In this document: positions 27,091 to 36,987 of the stretch, one piece after another
Numbering within the stretch: position 1 is the stretch's first letter
Layout of the letters: each line of letters begins with the position of its first letter
Origin: Chloroflexota bacterium
Lineage (GTDB): Bacteria; Chloroflexota; Dehalococcoidia; Lucifugimonadales; UBA3495
Direction of reading: 5' to 3'
Assembly (NCBI GenBank): GCA_022573285.1
Contig: JACZUF010000010.1
Coordinates: 5,602-69,601 of the forward strand
Length of the DNA: 64,000 nt
Made by a program: the position numbers and the translations under genes
Notes under the pieces: generated by a model
The model's database searches: none
Told to the model about the DNA's origin: nothing
The model's input: only the letters and a program-made list of their open reading frames with translations

Positions 27091-28319
27091 CCGCTGGAAA
27101 TCCGGTCCAGATAGACCTGCCCCTCCTTCATCACCAGCCGGATACGCTCTTTGTCCTGCAAGAGGGCAACGCCGGCCAAAGGGTCCCCGTCGACCACGAT
27201 CAGGTCGGCCAACTTACCGGATTCAATCGTCCCAATCCGGTCTTCCATGCCCAGGCATCCGGCGGCCCAACCCGTGGCCGCTACCAAGGCCTGCATCCGC
27301 GTCATTCCTGCCTCGACCAATAGCTCCAGTTCTTTGGCGTTATTGCCATGCTCCCAGCCCCCGGCGTCGGTGCCGGCCACTACTTTCACACCGGCCGACA
27401 GTGCCTGCTGCACCGTATCGATGTGCTGCTGCCGGAATTCTCCGGCCTCGGCCTGCGCGTGGGGGTTGCCATGGACGGCGTGAAACGTGAACACCGTGAA
27501 GGTGGGCACCAGGTAGATGTCCCGGTCGGCCATCATTTTCAAGAGATCAGGCTCCAACCCCAGCAGGCAGCCGTGTTCGATGGAATCTACCCCGGCCTCA
27601 ACCGCAGTGCGGAGCCCCGGACCTCCTATGGCGTGGCAGGCCACCTTCTTGCCGTGGATGTGGGCCTCATCGACCAACGCATTGGCTTCTTCCGGGGTAT
27701 AGGAGCGGGTCGTGCCGCTTTGGGTTTCTCGGCCGAAGCCGGTATTGAAGAACTTGATGAAATCGGCGCCCACCCGCACCACCTCCCGCACCATGGCGCG
27801 CACGTTTTCCACTCCATCGGCGATACCTCTAGGCAGGTTGGGGTCGGGCGAGGCGGGCTGGTGATGCCCCGAGGGACTGGAGCGGTCCTGGGTGCCCTGG
27901 ATGGGTGAAAGGGGGCTGGTGGCCAACTGCAGCCGGGGCCCGGAGATGAGACCCTGTTCCACCGCCTGTTTGTACCCGATGTCCAACCAACCACAGTCGC
28001 GGATGGCCGTGTAACCGGATAGCAGGGTTTCATCCATGACCTGGGCGACGCGCAGGGCTCGGGTGCTGCGCGGCTCCGCCCGGCCCCACCGCCCCATCAG
28101 GTCGTAACCGAAGGACGTGAGGTGGTCGTGGCAGTCAATCAGACCGGGAAGAAGCGTTTGACCGGTTATGTCAATAACCTGGCAGTCCGGCGGAAGCGTG
28201 ACCGCCTCGCGCCGGCCCACGGTCTCGATGCGCCCTTGTGCGTTGACCAACACCGTAGCGGCGGTCAGCGGCGGTCCGCCTGTGCCGTCAATCAGCTTGC
28301 AGTTGGTCAAGGCTAACAT
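27087..28319 (-). CDS. amidohydrolase family protein (metal-dependent hydrolase)
   Basis: LTNCKLIDGTG...LLPGLIDCHDHL...ACHAIG...AGTDAG is a typical amidohydrolase_1 pattern. Confidence 0.9.
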   Translation of the reverse strand: MLALTNCKLIDGTGGPPLTAATVLVNAQGRIETVGRREAVTLPPDCQVIDITGQTLLPGLIDCHDHLTSFGYDLMGRWGRAEPRSTRALRVAQVMDETLLSGYTAIRDCGWLDIGYKQAVEQGLISGPRLQLATSPLSPIQGTQDRSSPSGHHQPASPDPNLPRGIADGVENVRAMVREVVRVGADFIKFFNTGFGRETQSGTTRSYTPEEANALVDEAHIHGKKVACHAIGGPGLRTAVEAGVDSIEHGCLLGLEPDLLKMMADRDIYLVPTFTVFTFHAVHGNPHAQAEAGEFRQQHIDTVQQALSAGVKVVAGTDAGGWEHGNNAKELELLVEAGMTRMQALVAATGWAAGCLGMEDRIGTIESGKLADLIVVDGDPLAGVALLQDKERIRLVMKEGQVYLDRISSG

Positions 28320-28355
28320 GCTAGCCTGGTCCTGGGCACTGCCCGCCGGGCCGGC

Positions 28356-29189
28356 CTAGAGGGCCTGCCAATAGCGGCGGCCCCGCTCCCGCACGATTTT
28401 TCCGAAGCCTGGGGCGGCCAGGTGGACCGCCGCCACGGGGATACCCTCCCGTTCCAGACGGTCCATCAGCTCCCGGCGGGTGATCCGAGTCTGTACCGGG
28501 TCGATGTCGGCGCGGGATACCCAATCGGTGTTCTCAATCTGGACTGTGTTGTGCAGGATGTCGCCCAGGACCAGCCCGTTTTCACCCTGGGACGAGATCA
28601 TCAGACTCATGTGGCCGGGGGTGTGGCCCGGTGTGGCCAACGCGGTGATCTCGCTGGTTATCTTGTGACCGTCCTCCATGAATTCCAACACGCCCAGGTC
28701 TTCCAGCGGCCAGACGCACTCCGGGGCGTTGGGGAACCTGGCCTCGATCAGGGCCGGGTCATGGCAGGCCTCCCAGTCCTTGGTGCTCACGTAGTATTTG
28801 GCGTTGGGGAAGGTCGGGGTGTACTTCCCGTCCTTGGACACCAGGTTCCAGCCAACGTGGTCCCGGTGGGCGTGGGTCATGACCACCATGTCCACGTCTT
28901 CAGGGCGGATGCCGTGGGCCTTGAAATCGTTGAGCAACTCACCCCAGGGGGTTTCGGGGGTCTCTTTGGGCCCCAGGCCGGTATCGACGGCGATGGTGTG
29001 ACCGTCTGACTCGATCAGGAAACAGGCTAGATTGAAGCTCACGCCCTGGGAGGCCGAAAGGTGGCTTTCCTGTCCTTTCCAGTCCTCCTCCGGTATGTCT
29101 GGGAAGAAATTGCAGAGGTCGAACTCAAGAATTCCGTCCGACAGTGACGTGATTTCCACGTCGCCGATGGTCAGCTTGTCGTTTGGCAT
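28356..29189 (-). CDS. MBL-fold metallo-hydrolase
   Basis: ATG at 29187-29189 with GAGGAG upstream. The THAHRDHVGWN motif and a later TPGHTPGH are present. Confidence 0.9.
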   Translation of the reverse strand: MPNDKLTIGDVEITSLSDGILEFDLCNFFPDIPEEDWKGQESHLSASQGVSFNLACFLIESDGHTIAVDTGLGPKETPETPWGELLNDFKAHGIRPEDVDMVVMTHAHRDHVGWNLVSKDGKYTPTFPNAKYYVSTKDWEACHDPALIEARFPNAPECVWPLEDLGVLEFMEDGHKITSEITALATPGHTPGHMSLMISSQGENGLVLGDILHNTVQIENTDWVSRADIDPVQTRITRRELMDRLEREGIPVAAVHLAAPGFGKIVRERGRRYWQAL

Positions 29190-29306
29190 TTCGGCGCTCC
29201 TCAGAGGGTGGCTGCTTTCGATTTGTTTGATTGAACGCGACCGGCAGATTATAAGCGGGGTAATCCAGTGTGGCAATCACGTCGCCGCCGGCTTTGCCGC
29301 TTAAAT

Positions 29307-29398
29307 GTCACCCTGACCCCGACGGCAGCCGGGGAAGGGTCTCGTTGCCGCTCGTATGACCTGGGGCGGAGCAACGGGATTCTTCGCCGGCTGCCGTC
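29307..29398. repeat. REP/MITE-like hairpin element, copy 1 (about 92 bp)
   Basis: Left arm gtcaccctgaccccgacggcagccggggaagggtctc. Right arm gggattcttcgccggctgccgtc is partly its inverse. Collinear with 38899-38994. Confidence 0.7.
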
Positions 29399-29434
29399 TC
29401 CTCTAAATTACGAAGAAGAGAGCGGTGGCGCCTT

Positions 29435-29471
29435 GTAGGGGCACGGCATTGCCGTGCCCCTACGTTTTTTT
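29435..29471 (+). terminator. perfect GC-rich hairpin plus T-run (terminator-like; may also be a REP-type element)
   Basis: gtaggggcacggc att gccgtgcccctac followed by gttttttt. No + strand gene ends immediately upstream, so its role is uncertain. Confidence 0.4.
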
Positions 29472-29596
29472 CCGCAAGGACATCGGCGTCTGGGACACGA
29501 CAATCGCCGCCGGTGTGCCCGGTTACGTCCTTGGCATGACAACTGAGGCTACTCCATGGGCCGGACGGCCGCGCTTGCCGTTGACGCGGTTGGGGC

Positions 29597-30802
29597 CTAA
29601 CCGCGGTGGTCAGCGACTATCCGGCCCTCTTTTAGCACCAACTGCAGCTTTCGAAGGTTCTCTATGTCGGCCAATGGGTTGTCCGCGACCACTATCAGAT
29701 CCGCCAGCTTGCCCGGCTCCACGGTGCCCAACTGGCTGCCCACGCCGCAGAGCTCGGCGGCGTTCTTGGTGGCGGCGGTCAGTGATTGCCAGGGTGTGGC
29801 CCCGTTCTTGACCCACAGGCCCAGTTCCAGCAATGCCGAGTCCCGCATCGGCGAGATGTCCGACCCCAACGCCATCTTGACTCCAGCAGACAACGCCGCT
29901 TGGAAGGAACGGCGGTGCTCGTCTGCGGCGGCTTCAGCCCGGACCACCAGACTGGGCGCCAGGTTCTTGCGGGCGGCGTAGGCCTTCTCGTGCTCAGAAG
30001 TGGCGAGGCTGGGGGACAGTTGGCTGATGCTGAGAGTTGGCACATACCAGGCGCCGCTGCTGACGAAATCGGCGATGCACTCCTCGTCCGTGATGTAGGC
30101 ATGCTCCACGCTGTGAGCGCCCAGCTTGATGGCCATCTTCACCGCCTCGGGATACGTGGCGTGGGCCATGACCTTGAAATTGCGTTGACGGCAGAGCGCG
30201 AAGGCGGTCTCGATCTCCTCGGGCAGCAGGAACGACTCGGTGTGCCGGTCCCACCTGGGGCCCATGATTCCGCCCGACAGGTTGAGCTTGATGTGGTCTA
30301 CGTCGTGCTTCATCTGGTCGCGGATGGCCTGGGCGTAGCCGTAGGGGCCGTCGCACTCCCGGGCGTGCCCGGAGGTCAAGAAGTGGCCGCCGGTGGTGGT
30401 CAAAAAATTGCCGCAGGCGAAGACCCTCGGCCCGGCCGGTCCCGGTCCTTCAAAGGCCCGGCGCCAGGCCACGTCCATGAAATGGCCCGCTCCGCCGCTG
30501 CGCACGCCGGTTATTCCAGCCTCGATCAAGCCTCTTTGTAAATTTTGGCCGAACGCGGCGGTGAGCTGCGCTACCGTGGTGCCCGCCGGGTTGGGATGCT
30601 CGGGGTGGATATGTACGTCCCACAGTCCCGGCAGCAGATACGAGCCTTCCAGGTCGATCAACCGGTCACCGGACGTCGCGGCGGGCGGGCCGCCGTCCCG
30701 TACCTCTAGGATGCGCCCGTCCTCGATCACCACCGTGGCTTGGGCTTTGGGATCGGGGTTTACGCAGTCGATGACGTTGCAGTTGGTCAGTATCAAGCGC
30801 AA
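29597..30802 (-). CDS. amidohydrolase family protein
   Basis: LTNCNVIDCVN...LLPGLWDVHIHPEH...MAHATY...LGSDISP is an amidohydrolase pattern. It is a paralogue of the 27087-28319 gene. Confidence 0.9.
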   Translation of the reverse strand: MRLILTNCNVIDCVNPDPKAQATVVIEDGRILEVRDGGPPAATSGDRLIDLEGSYLLPGLWDVHIHPEHPNPAGTTVAQLTAAFGQNLQRGLIEAGITGVRSGGAGHFMDVAWRRAFEGPGPAGPRVFACGNFLTTTGGHFLTSGHARECDGPYGYAQAIRDQMKHDVDHIKLNLSGGIMGPRWDRHTESFLLPEEIETAFALCRQRNFKVMAHATYPEAVKMAIKLGAHSVEHAYITDEECIADFVSSGAWYVPTLSISQLSPSLATSEHEKAYAARKNLAPSLVVRAEAAADEHRRSFQAALSAGVKMALGSDISPMRDSALLELGLWVKNGATPWQSLTAATKNAAELCGVGSQLGTVEPGKLADLIVVADNPLADIENLRKLQLVLKEGRIVADHRG

Positions 30803-30828
30803 GTGGAATACTCCCAGTAAGTGCCGGA

Positions 30829-32088
30829 TTAATCCCGGGACTCGATCAAGGTGATGCAGCGGGCGGGGTCCGCCTCGGCCAGGACGGGAGCCGGGAGGCC
30901 GGTGTGGATATAGTCGGCCAACAACTTGCCGGCCATCGGTCCGCGCCCGAATCCGGAAGACGCCAGGCCGGTCAGGACAAACAAATTCTCCAAGTGGGGG
31001 GCCTTGCCGATTATCGGCTTCCCGTCCATGGAAAAGGGCATTAGTCCGGCCCAGGTGCGGCTGATGGGCAGCCTGCCCACCAATGGAATCACTTCGGCCG
31101 CGTGGCCCCGGTTAACCTCGATGCCCTGGGCGTCGGGGGTGTAGTCGTAGCCAGCCAACCGGCGGTCGCCGCCGAAGATGATCTCGCCGTTCCTGGTCTG
31201 GCCGCCGTATAGGTGGCGGGTCACGCGGGTATCCCCGTGGTGAGTCAATTCCGGAGGAAGGTCGTCGGTCTGAGGCTGTGGGTCCGATTCCATCCCCCGA
31301 CGCGTCGGAGTCGACCCTTGGCCGGAGCTCCAGTGAAATGCCGACTCCGCGGAACCGATCACATGGAAGATGCACGGCGGAACCGGGCCGGTGGCCCACA
31401 TCTGGCCTTTGACCGGGGCAATTGGAATCCTGAGGCCCAGCAGGCCGCCCACCGGACTGGACCAGGCGCCCACCGCCAGGACCAGGGTGTTGGCCCTGAA
31501 TTCTCCCCGGCTGGTCTGGGCCTGCCAAGAGCCGTCTTGTTGCTGGGTTAGCGCCTGGACATCGTGGCCGGTCTTGACGTCGGCCCCCAGAGCGGCTGCG
31601 GCATCGCCGAAGGCCACCGTGGCCTTGGTTGGGTTGGCGCGGCCACGGTTGGCCATGAACATGAACCCGGCCAGGGATTCAGACGCTTCAGGCTCGATGG
31701 CGCGCGCCTCCCGGGTCGTCAGCAGTTCCGCGCTGTAGCCATCCGACTTGAACTCGAGTACACGGTCCCGGACGTAGTCCCATTGCTGGGCCGTGTGCAC
31801 CGCCTGCAAACCGCCCGGAGCATGAAACTCGATGTCATAGCCCATGTCCAGTTGGAGCGTCTTAAATATCTCGAAGCTGCCTGCGGTCAGGTACGACTGC
31901 AGGTCGGGATTGTGGCCCCAGCCCAGGCCTCCCAGACCTCCCGCGTTGACCCCCGACGCTTCGCCGGCGATCTCCCCTCGCTCCAATAGCGTGACCCGTT
32001 CGCCGTGCTGCGCCAGGTGAAACGCGGTTGCAACGCCGCAGATGCCGCCACCGATTATCAGGACATCGGATTCATTCGCGCTGGCCAA
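30829..32088 (-). CDS. FAD-dependent oxidoreductase (DAO family; D-amino-acid/sarcosine oxidase-like)
   Basis: N-terminal dinucleotide fold DVLIIGGGICGVATAFHLAQHGERVTLLERGEIAGEASGVNAGG. Confidence 0.9.
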   Translation of the reverse strand: MASANESDVLIIGGGICGVATAFHLAQHGERVTLLERGEIAGEASGVNAGGLGGLGWGHNPDLQSYLTAGSFEIFKTLQLDMGYDIEFHAPGGLQAVHTAQQWDYVRDRVLEFKSDGYSAELLTTREARAIEPEASESLAGFMFMANRGRANPTKATVAFGDAAAALGADVKTGHDVQALTQQQDGSWQAQTSRGEFRANTLVLAVGAWSSPVGGLLGLRIPIAPVKGQMWATGPVPPCIFHVIGSAESAFHWSSGQGSTPTRRGMESDPQPQTDDLPPELTHHGDTRVTRHLYGGQTRNGEIIFGGDRRLAGYDYTPDAQGIEVNRGHAAEVIPLVGRLPISRTWAGLMPFSMDGKPIIGKAPHLENLFVLTGLASSGFGRGPMAGKLLADYIHTGLPAPVLAEADPARCITLIESRD

Positions 32089-32360
32089 GGTGGAAACCCG
32101 CCCCTCTTACAATGACTCCCGTTCCGGCGGTTCTCGCACCGGCGGAAGTTAAGCCCATCATAGTTAAGGGCATTGGACGGGTCAACGGTGCACCGGCTGT
32201 ACCAGGCGGCCTCAAATCGCGGCTAGGACAAGGGCGCGTTTACCATTGGGAGCGCCGGTATTCGATTACCCGAATTAATCCGAGAGGCAGATACATCGAA
32301 AACCGGCATCCTCTCAACACGGGCGCGGAATTGAAGGTAATATGCGGCCGGAACTGGCTG

Positions 32361-33398
32361 CTACAACTGGCGCAGCCGTGGGTCCAGCTTGTCCCGTAGC
32401 CAGTCGCCGAAGAGGTTCAGCGACATCACCGTGAGCATTATGGCCAGCCCTGGGAAGGTGGCGATCCACCAGAACCCGGCCAGCCTGTCCCGTCCATCGG
32501 ACACCATGGAACCCCAGGCGGCGGTGGGCGGAGGCACCCCGGCGCCGAGGAAGCTCAACACCGACTCCAAGAGGATGACGATGCCCACCTGCAGAGTCGC
32601 CACCACGATCAGGGTATTGATGGTGCCGGGGAATATGTGGACCAATAGGATACGCGGCGTGGATGCCCCGGAGACCTTGGCCAGCGCCACATAGTCCCTT
32701 GTTTTCAACTGCAGGACTTCCCCCCGCACCTGGCGGGCGAACCGGGGCCAGATGAACAAGCAGAGCACTGTGACGATGACGGTGAAGGACTGGCCCAAGG
32801 CCACCACCAATACCAACGCCACCAGTATGAGGGGCATAGACAGCATGACATCAACGAACCGCATTATCAGTTCGTCGACCCAGCGGCCATACCAACCGGC
32901 TACCAGTCCCAGCGTCACCCCGATGGTCCCGCCGACCCCAAGGGTCACCGCGGCCACTATGAGGGAGATGCGGGCGCCGTAGATCACCCGGGAGAGCAGG
33001 TCCCGGCCCAACTGGTCGGTCCCCAGCAGGTATTTGGTGGTGCCAGCGGGCCGTATGACCACCTCAAGGGAATCTCCCACCACCGCCTGCGGATCGATCT
33101 TTTGGGCATTCCTCAGTGTGATGAACCGGCCCTGTTCTCCCAGATCGACGCTCTCAGCCACGGTCTTGAACGCAGTTTCATCGCCGGACCAGAATGGGGG
33201 CAGGTTCCGCTCCCGCAGGATGCCCCGGTTTGGGTCGTGGGGCGCGATCCAGGGCGCCGCCACGCCGGAAATCAACACCAGGGACAATAAGAAGACGGGC
33301 AGGATCGGCCAGGTGCGCGCTGCGTGCCAGACCGAGCTCATGTTGATGAACCGTGGTCTTCGGGTTACCAGCGCTCCCGAAAGATCTTGATTCGCCAT
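32361..33398 (-). CDS. ABC transporter permease (DppC/OppC type)
   Basis: Multi-TM protein with the N-terminal OppC-type extension and the EAA-like region YVALAKVSGASTPRILLVHIFP. Confidence 0.9.
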   Translation of the reverse strand: MANQDLSGALVTRRPRFINMSSVWHAARTWPILPVFLLSLVLISGVAAPWIAPHDPNRGILRERNLPPFWSGDETAFKTVAESVDLGEQGRFITLRNAQKIDPQAVVGDSLEVVIRPAGTTKYLLGTDQLGRDLLSRVIYGARISLIVAAVTLGVGGTIGVTLGLVAGWYGRWVDELIMRFVDVMLSMPLILVALVLVVALGQSFTVIVTVLCLFIWPRFARQVRGEVLQLKTRDYVALAKVSGASTPRILLVHIFPGTINTLIVVATLQVGIVILLESVLSFLGAGVPPPTAAWGSMVSDGRDRLAGFWWIATFPGLAIMLTVMSLNLFGDWLRDKLDPRLRQL

Positions 33399-33418
33399 CT
33401 ACTCTTTGCTCCTCAACG

Positions 33419-34336
33419 CTAGGTGTACCGGATCCGCGGGTCTATGAAGGCGTATAGGACGTCCACCGTGAAGGAGGCGGCCACGTAGAGCAGGGTGAAC
33501 ACGATGACCACCGCTTGGAGGACGGCATAATCGAGGGCGAACAGGGCGTCCACGGCCAGCTTGCCCAAGCCGGGCCAGGCGAACACCGTTTCCACCACCA
33601 GGGAGCCGGTGACCAGCGCGCCCAGCGTTACGCCCGCGAAGGTCAACGCCGGTATTATCGCGTTGCGCATCGCGTGCTTCACGATAACTGTTTGACTGGA
33701 AACGCCTTTGGCCCGCGCCAATTTGATGTATTCCGAGTCCAGAACGTCCAACATGGCTGAGCGGATCAGGCGGAGATTGGCGGCGGCGTAGAACCAGCCC
33801 AGGGTTATGGCGGGGAGGATTATGCCCCGCGGGTCGTCGCGGCCGAACGGTGGGACCCAACCCAGATTCACGGAGAAGAAAAACATGAGCATGATGCCCA
33901 GCCAGAAGGGCGGCGCCGACTGGCCGACCAGGGCGACGGCCCTGCCGAAGAGGTCGATGGCACTGCCCCGCTTGACTGCGGCCAACACGCCCAGGGGAAC
34001 ACCGATGAGGAGGGAGAGCGCGAAGGAGGCCGATGCCAGTTGCAGGGTGGCGGGAAGGCGCTCTATCACGATGTGCATGGCCGGCCGGCCCTGTTTGATG
34101 GACTGACCGAATTCGCCTTTCAGGGCATCCTTGATGAAGATGCCGTACTGCTGGTAGTAGGGCTTGTCCAGGCCCAACGCGGCGCCCATGCGGTCCCAGT
34201 CCTCCATGGTGGAGTAGTCGTCCAGCAGCAGGGCGCGCGGGTCGCCGACGGCCCGGCTCATTACGAAAATAATCACGGACACCAACAGGACCGTGATGAT
34301 GGCTATGAAGAAGCGCCGGACTAAGAACCTTTGCAT
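33419..34336 (-). CDS. ABC transporter permease (DppB/OppB type)
   Basis: From the ATG at 34334-34336: MQRFLVRRFFIAIITVLLVSVIIFV. EAA motif region YIKLARAKGVSSQTVIVKHAMRNA. Confidence 0.9.
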   Translation of the reverse strand: MQRFLVRRFFIAIITVLLVSVIIFVMSRAVGDPRALLLDDYSTMEDWDRMGAALGLDKPYYQQYGIFIKDALKGEFGQSIKQGRPAMHIVIERLPATLQLASASFALSLLIGVPLGVLAAVKRGSAIDLFGRAVALVGQSAPPFWLGIMLMFFFSVNLGWVPPFGRDDPRGIILPAITLGWFYAAANLRLIRSAMLDVLDSEYIKLARAKGVSSQTVIVKHAMRNAIIPALTFAGVTLGALVTGSLVVETVFAWPGLGKLAVDALFALDYAVLQAVVIVFTLLYVAASFTVDVLYAFIDPRIRYT

Positions 34337-34515
34337 ACTAGAACATCTCCGGTCAACGCCCTTGACCACGTCGGCAAAGAACGGTATCCATGGGGCCCCG
34401 GTGTCAAGGACGACTGCCTGGGTGGGTTCGAACCAGGGACATCTCAATGGAGACGTCCCTGGTCATGATCAACGCCTAACGGAAGATTACCGCCAATTGG
34501 ACCGGGCATCCGGTC

Positions 34516-36321
34516 TTACCGGGGCTTGATGAATTCATACCCGTTGATGTTTCTGAGGTCGGTGAACTTCACGTGGGCCTTCCATTCCTCGATGTTCGGA
34601 CCCACGGGCCACACGGCGCCCACACTGTAAAGACCGATGTAGGTAAGGGCGTTGTCGAAGAGCCATTGGCCCAGTTCCGATTCCAGCCGCACCAGGTCGT
34701 TCGGGTCAACCGCGGCGCTTATCTTGGGCATGATCTCTTCCAGCCACGGGTGGCTCGCGCCTGCGTTCCAGGCCGCGTTTTCGGTGATCAGCGTCTGGGC
34801 GCCCACCGTGACGATCCGGGCGCCCGCGGCGTGACAAGTGGCTCCCTGGTAGGTGCGGGCGACCATCGTGGGCCTAAGGGTGGAGTACGGCAGGCTCTGC
34901 AACTTTACGTCCAGCCCTATGTCGCCCCACATCTGTGCTATCGCTCCGCAAGCCTCCACCTCAGCGGGAGCGCCCCGCAGAGAAGGTGTTAGCGTGATAG
35001 CGAAGCCGTTGGGGTAGCCGGCATCGGCTAGCAGTTGCTTGGCGCGCTCTGGGTTGAATTCCCAATCGCCGTTGATCTGTGAACCATGGTTACCCCAGAA
35101 CCAGAGTTTGATCGGGTCGGCGAACCCTTTGAGCAGCGTCTCGATGATGGTATCGCGGTCAATCGAGATCGCCAGGGCTATCCGTATCTTGCGGGCGTTC
35201 TCCCACTCCGGGGAGTCCAGTTCCCAATTGCTGGATATCCACGGCACTTCGGGGTCGTACGACGCCCGGTTCTCGGTGTCGGGCTTGGAGGCTTCGGTGT
35301 AGTAGCCGCCGTAAAGGTTGATGGCGTAGTCGATCGCGTTGGACACCGTCAACAGCTTCGCCCCGTCCACCTTTTCAACCTCTGGGATGGAGTCGAAGGC
35401 CATGAGGAACGTATCCAGCGTGCCGGTCTGGAACCCGGCGATACGGGAGGACTCCTCCGGTATCTCCCGGAATATCAGCTCGGCGAAGGCTGGCGTCTGG
35501 CGCCAGTGGTCCTCCACCGCGTTCATCCGCCAGAATTCGTTGTCACGGTGCTCGACCATCTCCCAGGGCCCGGTCCCGGCGATGTCCCGGTTGGCCGCTT
35601 CTATTCCGATCTCTTCGGACTGCTTCTTGCTGACTACCCAGTTGGAGGAGCCAGAAGGAGTCTTCGCCAGCCAGTTCTCCAATGTCACCAACTCTGAGAT
35701 CGCTATGCCGGTGTTCACCTCGATGGTGTAGTCGTCGACCGCCGTTACCGAGCCGCCCTCGGCCGTCCAGAACGCCCTGAAGTCTGGTGTCCTGGCATGC
35801 AATGGGTTGGTGCCCCATCCTTCCACATAGGAATAAATCACGTCTTCGGCCGTCATCTCGCCGTAGCCCTTGTGGAACTCCACGCCCTGTTGCAGATTGA
35901 AAGTCCAAGTCAGGAAATCTTCCGAGATGGACCAAGTGTCGGCTAGCCAGCCTTCAACCTGTTTGTTGATGTTGATGGTCACCAAGCCTTCGCTGACTGG
36001 CGCCGTTTGCTGTACGAAAAGGGAAGGGTTAACCGCCAATGCGGGGTGCCCTTGGAAGGTCCCCAGTTCTTTCTGGCCTACTTGAATGGTGCCGGCCGGC
36101 TTGGCTGCCGCGGCAGGCGCCGCAGTCGCCGCCGGCTTGGCAGTGGGCGCCGAGGCCGCAGGTGCGGTAGTGGCGCTGGGCGCGGTAGTGGCCCTAGGCG
36201 GTGTGGTGGCGGCGGGTTGCGGTGTCGCCGTGGCGGATGACCCGCAGGCCACCAACAGGAAAAGACCCAACATTAAAGACGAGAGAAGGAAGAAACCAGG
36301 CTTAGTGAAATAATGGGACAT
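34516..36321 (-). CDS. ABC transporter substrate-binding lipoprotein, family 5 (peptide/nickel type)
   Basis: ATG at 36319-36321 with GGAGG upstream. Lipobox LLVACGSS and an Ala/Thr/Pro-rich linker, then an SBP_bac_5-like body. Confidence 0.9.
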   Translation of the reverse strand: MSHYFTKPGFFLLSSLMLGLFLLVACGSSATATPQPAATTPPRATTAPSATTAPAASAPTAKPAATAAPAAAAKPAGTIQVGQKELGTFQGHPALAVNPSLFVQQTAPVSEGLVTININKQVEGWLADTWSISEDFLTWTFNLQQGVEFHKGYGEMTAEDVIYSYVEGWGTNPLHARTPDFRAFWTAEGGSVTAVDDYTIEVNTGIAISELVTLENWLAKTPSGSSNWVVSKKQSEEIGIEAANRDIAGTGPWEMVEHRDNEFWRMNAVEDHWRQTPAFAELIFREIPEESSRIAGFQTGTLDTFLMAFDSIPEVEKVDGAKLLTVSNAIDYAINLYGGYYTEASKPDTENRASYDPEVPWISSNWELDSPEWENARKIRIALAISIDRDTIIETLLKGFADPIKLWFWGNHGSQINGDWEFNPERAKQLLADAGYPNGFAITLTPSLRGAPAEVEACGAIAQMWGDIGLDVKLQSLPYSTLRPTMVARTYQGATCHAAGARIVTVGAQTLITENAAWNAGASHPWLEEIMPKISAAVDPNDLVRLESELGQWLFDNALTYIGLYSVGAVWPVGPNIEEWKAHVKFTDLRNINGYEFIKPR

Positions 36322-36620
36322 GATCTCAGCACCTCCAGACTTAAAGACGGCTATGTTTCCGTGGTCGCCCTCCGGCGTCATAAACAGATATGATTTATTG
36401 CAGATTGGCCAATTCAGTTGACGTGCCGTAGGAATATATTATATTACGTTTATCGATGTCAACTCGTAAGCCCCCCTTGGGCTCGGACAGGAGGCCGACC
36501 CCGACGCGCCGGGGGATGGAATCGGACCCGGTGAAAGATACGGCGAGATAACCGCCGAAGACGTTCTCAGTTCCATAAGATACGATGTCGAAGACTTAAC
36601 GGATCACTCCGCTTGGGGAC

Positions 36621-36652
36621 AGAAAAGGACCGCCGTTTCGTGACGGCGGTCC
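36621..36652 (-). terminator. rho-independent terminator downstream of minE
   Basis: Minus strand: ggaccgccgt cacgaa acggcggtcc followed by ttttct. Confidence 0.7.
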
Positions 36653-36681
36653 CCTTGTATCAGACTTGCTATGCCTTGGAT

Positions 36682-36987
36682 TTACGTTGTGGGCGCCGGC
36701 GTCAAGTCGCTTAGGTCTTTGACCTCAATATTGGAGACTAGGACGGTCAACTCATCGACGCGGCGCACTTCGAATTCCATGAAGTCGTCGTCCACCACCA
36801 TGTACTTGGAGACCACGTCCCAGATCTCCTTCTTCATCTCCTCCAGCTTTTCCGGGGCCAGTTCCAGCCGGTCCTGGATCAACACCAGCTTGAGCCGCTG
36901 TTTGGCCGTGTCCTTGGAGAGCATCTCAGTGGCCTGGTCCAATTCCTTCCCGCTCAGGCTGAAAAGCCAACGAAGTAGTTCACGCAT
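36682..36987 (-). CDS. minE: cell division topological specificity factor MinE
   Basis: The 101-aa protein with KDTAKQRLKLVLIQDR is a MinE-type N-terminus. It overlaps minD by 8 nt. Confidence 0.9.
   Translation of the reverse strand: MRELLRWLFSLSGKELDQATEMLSKDTAKQRLKLVLIQDRLELAPEKLEEMKKEIWDVVSKYMVVDDDFMEFEVRRVDELTVLVSNIEVKDLSDLTPAPTT

Noticed and set aside
29425-29811. 128-aa + strand ORF beginning MAPCRGTALPCPY
   Set aside because: Its N-terminus is the translation of the GC-rich hairpin at 29435-29463. The remainder is antisense to the amidohydrolase gene.
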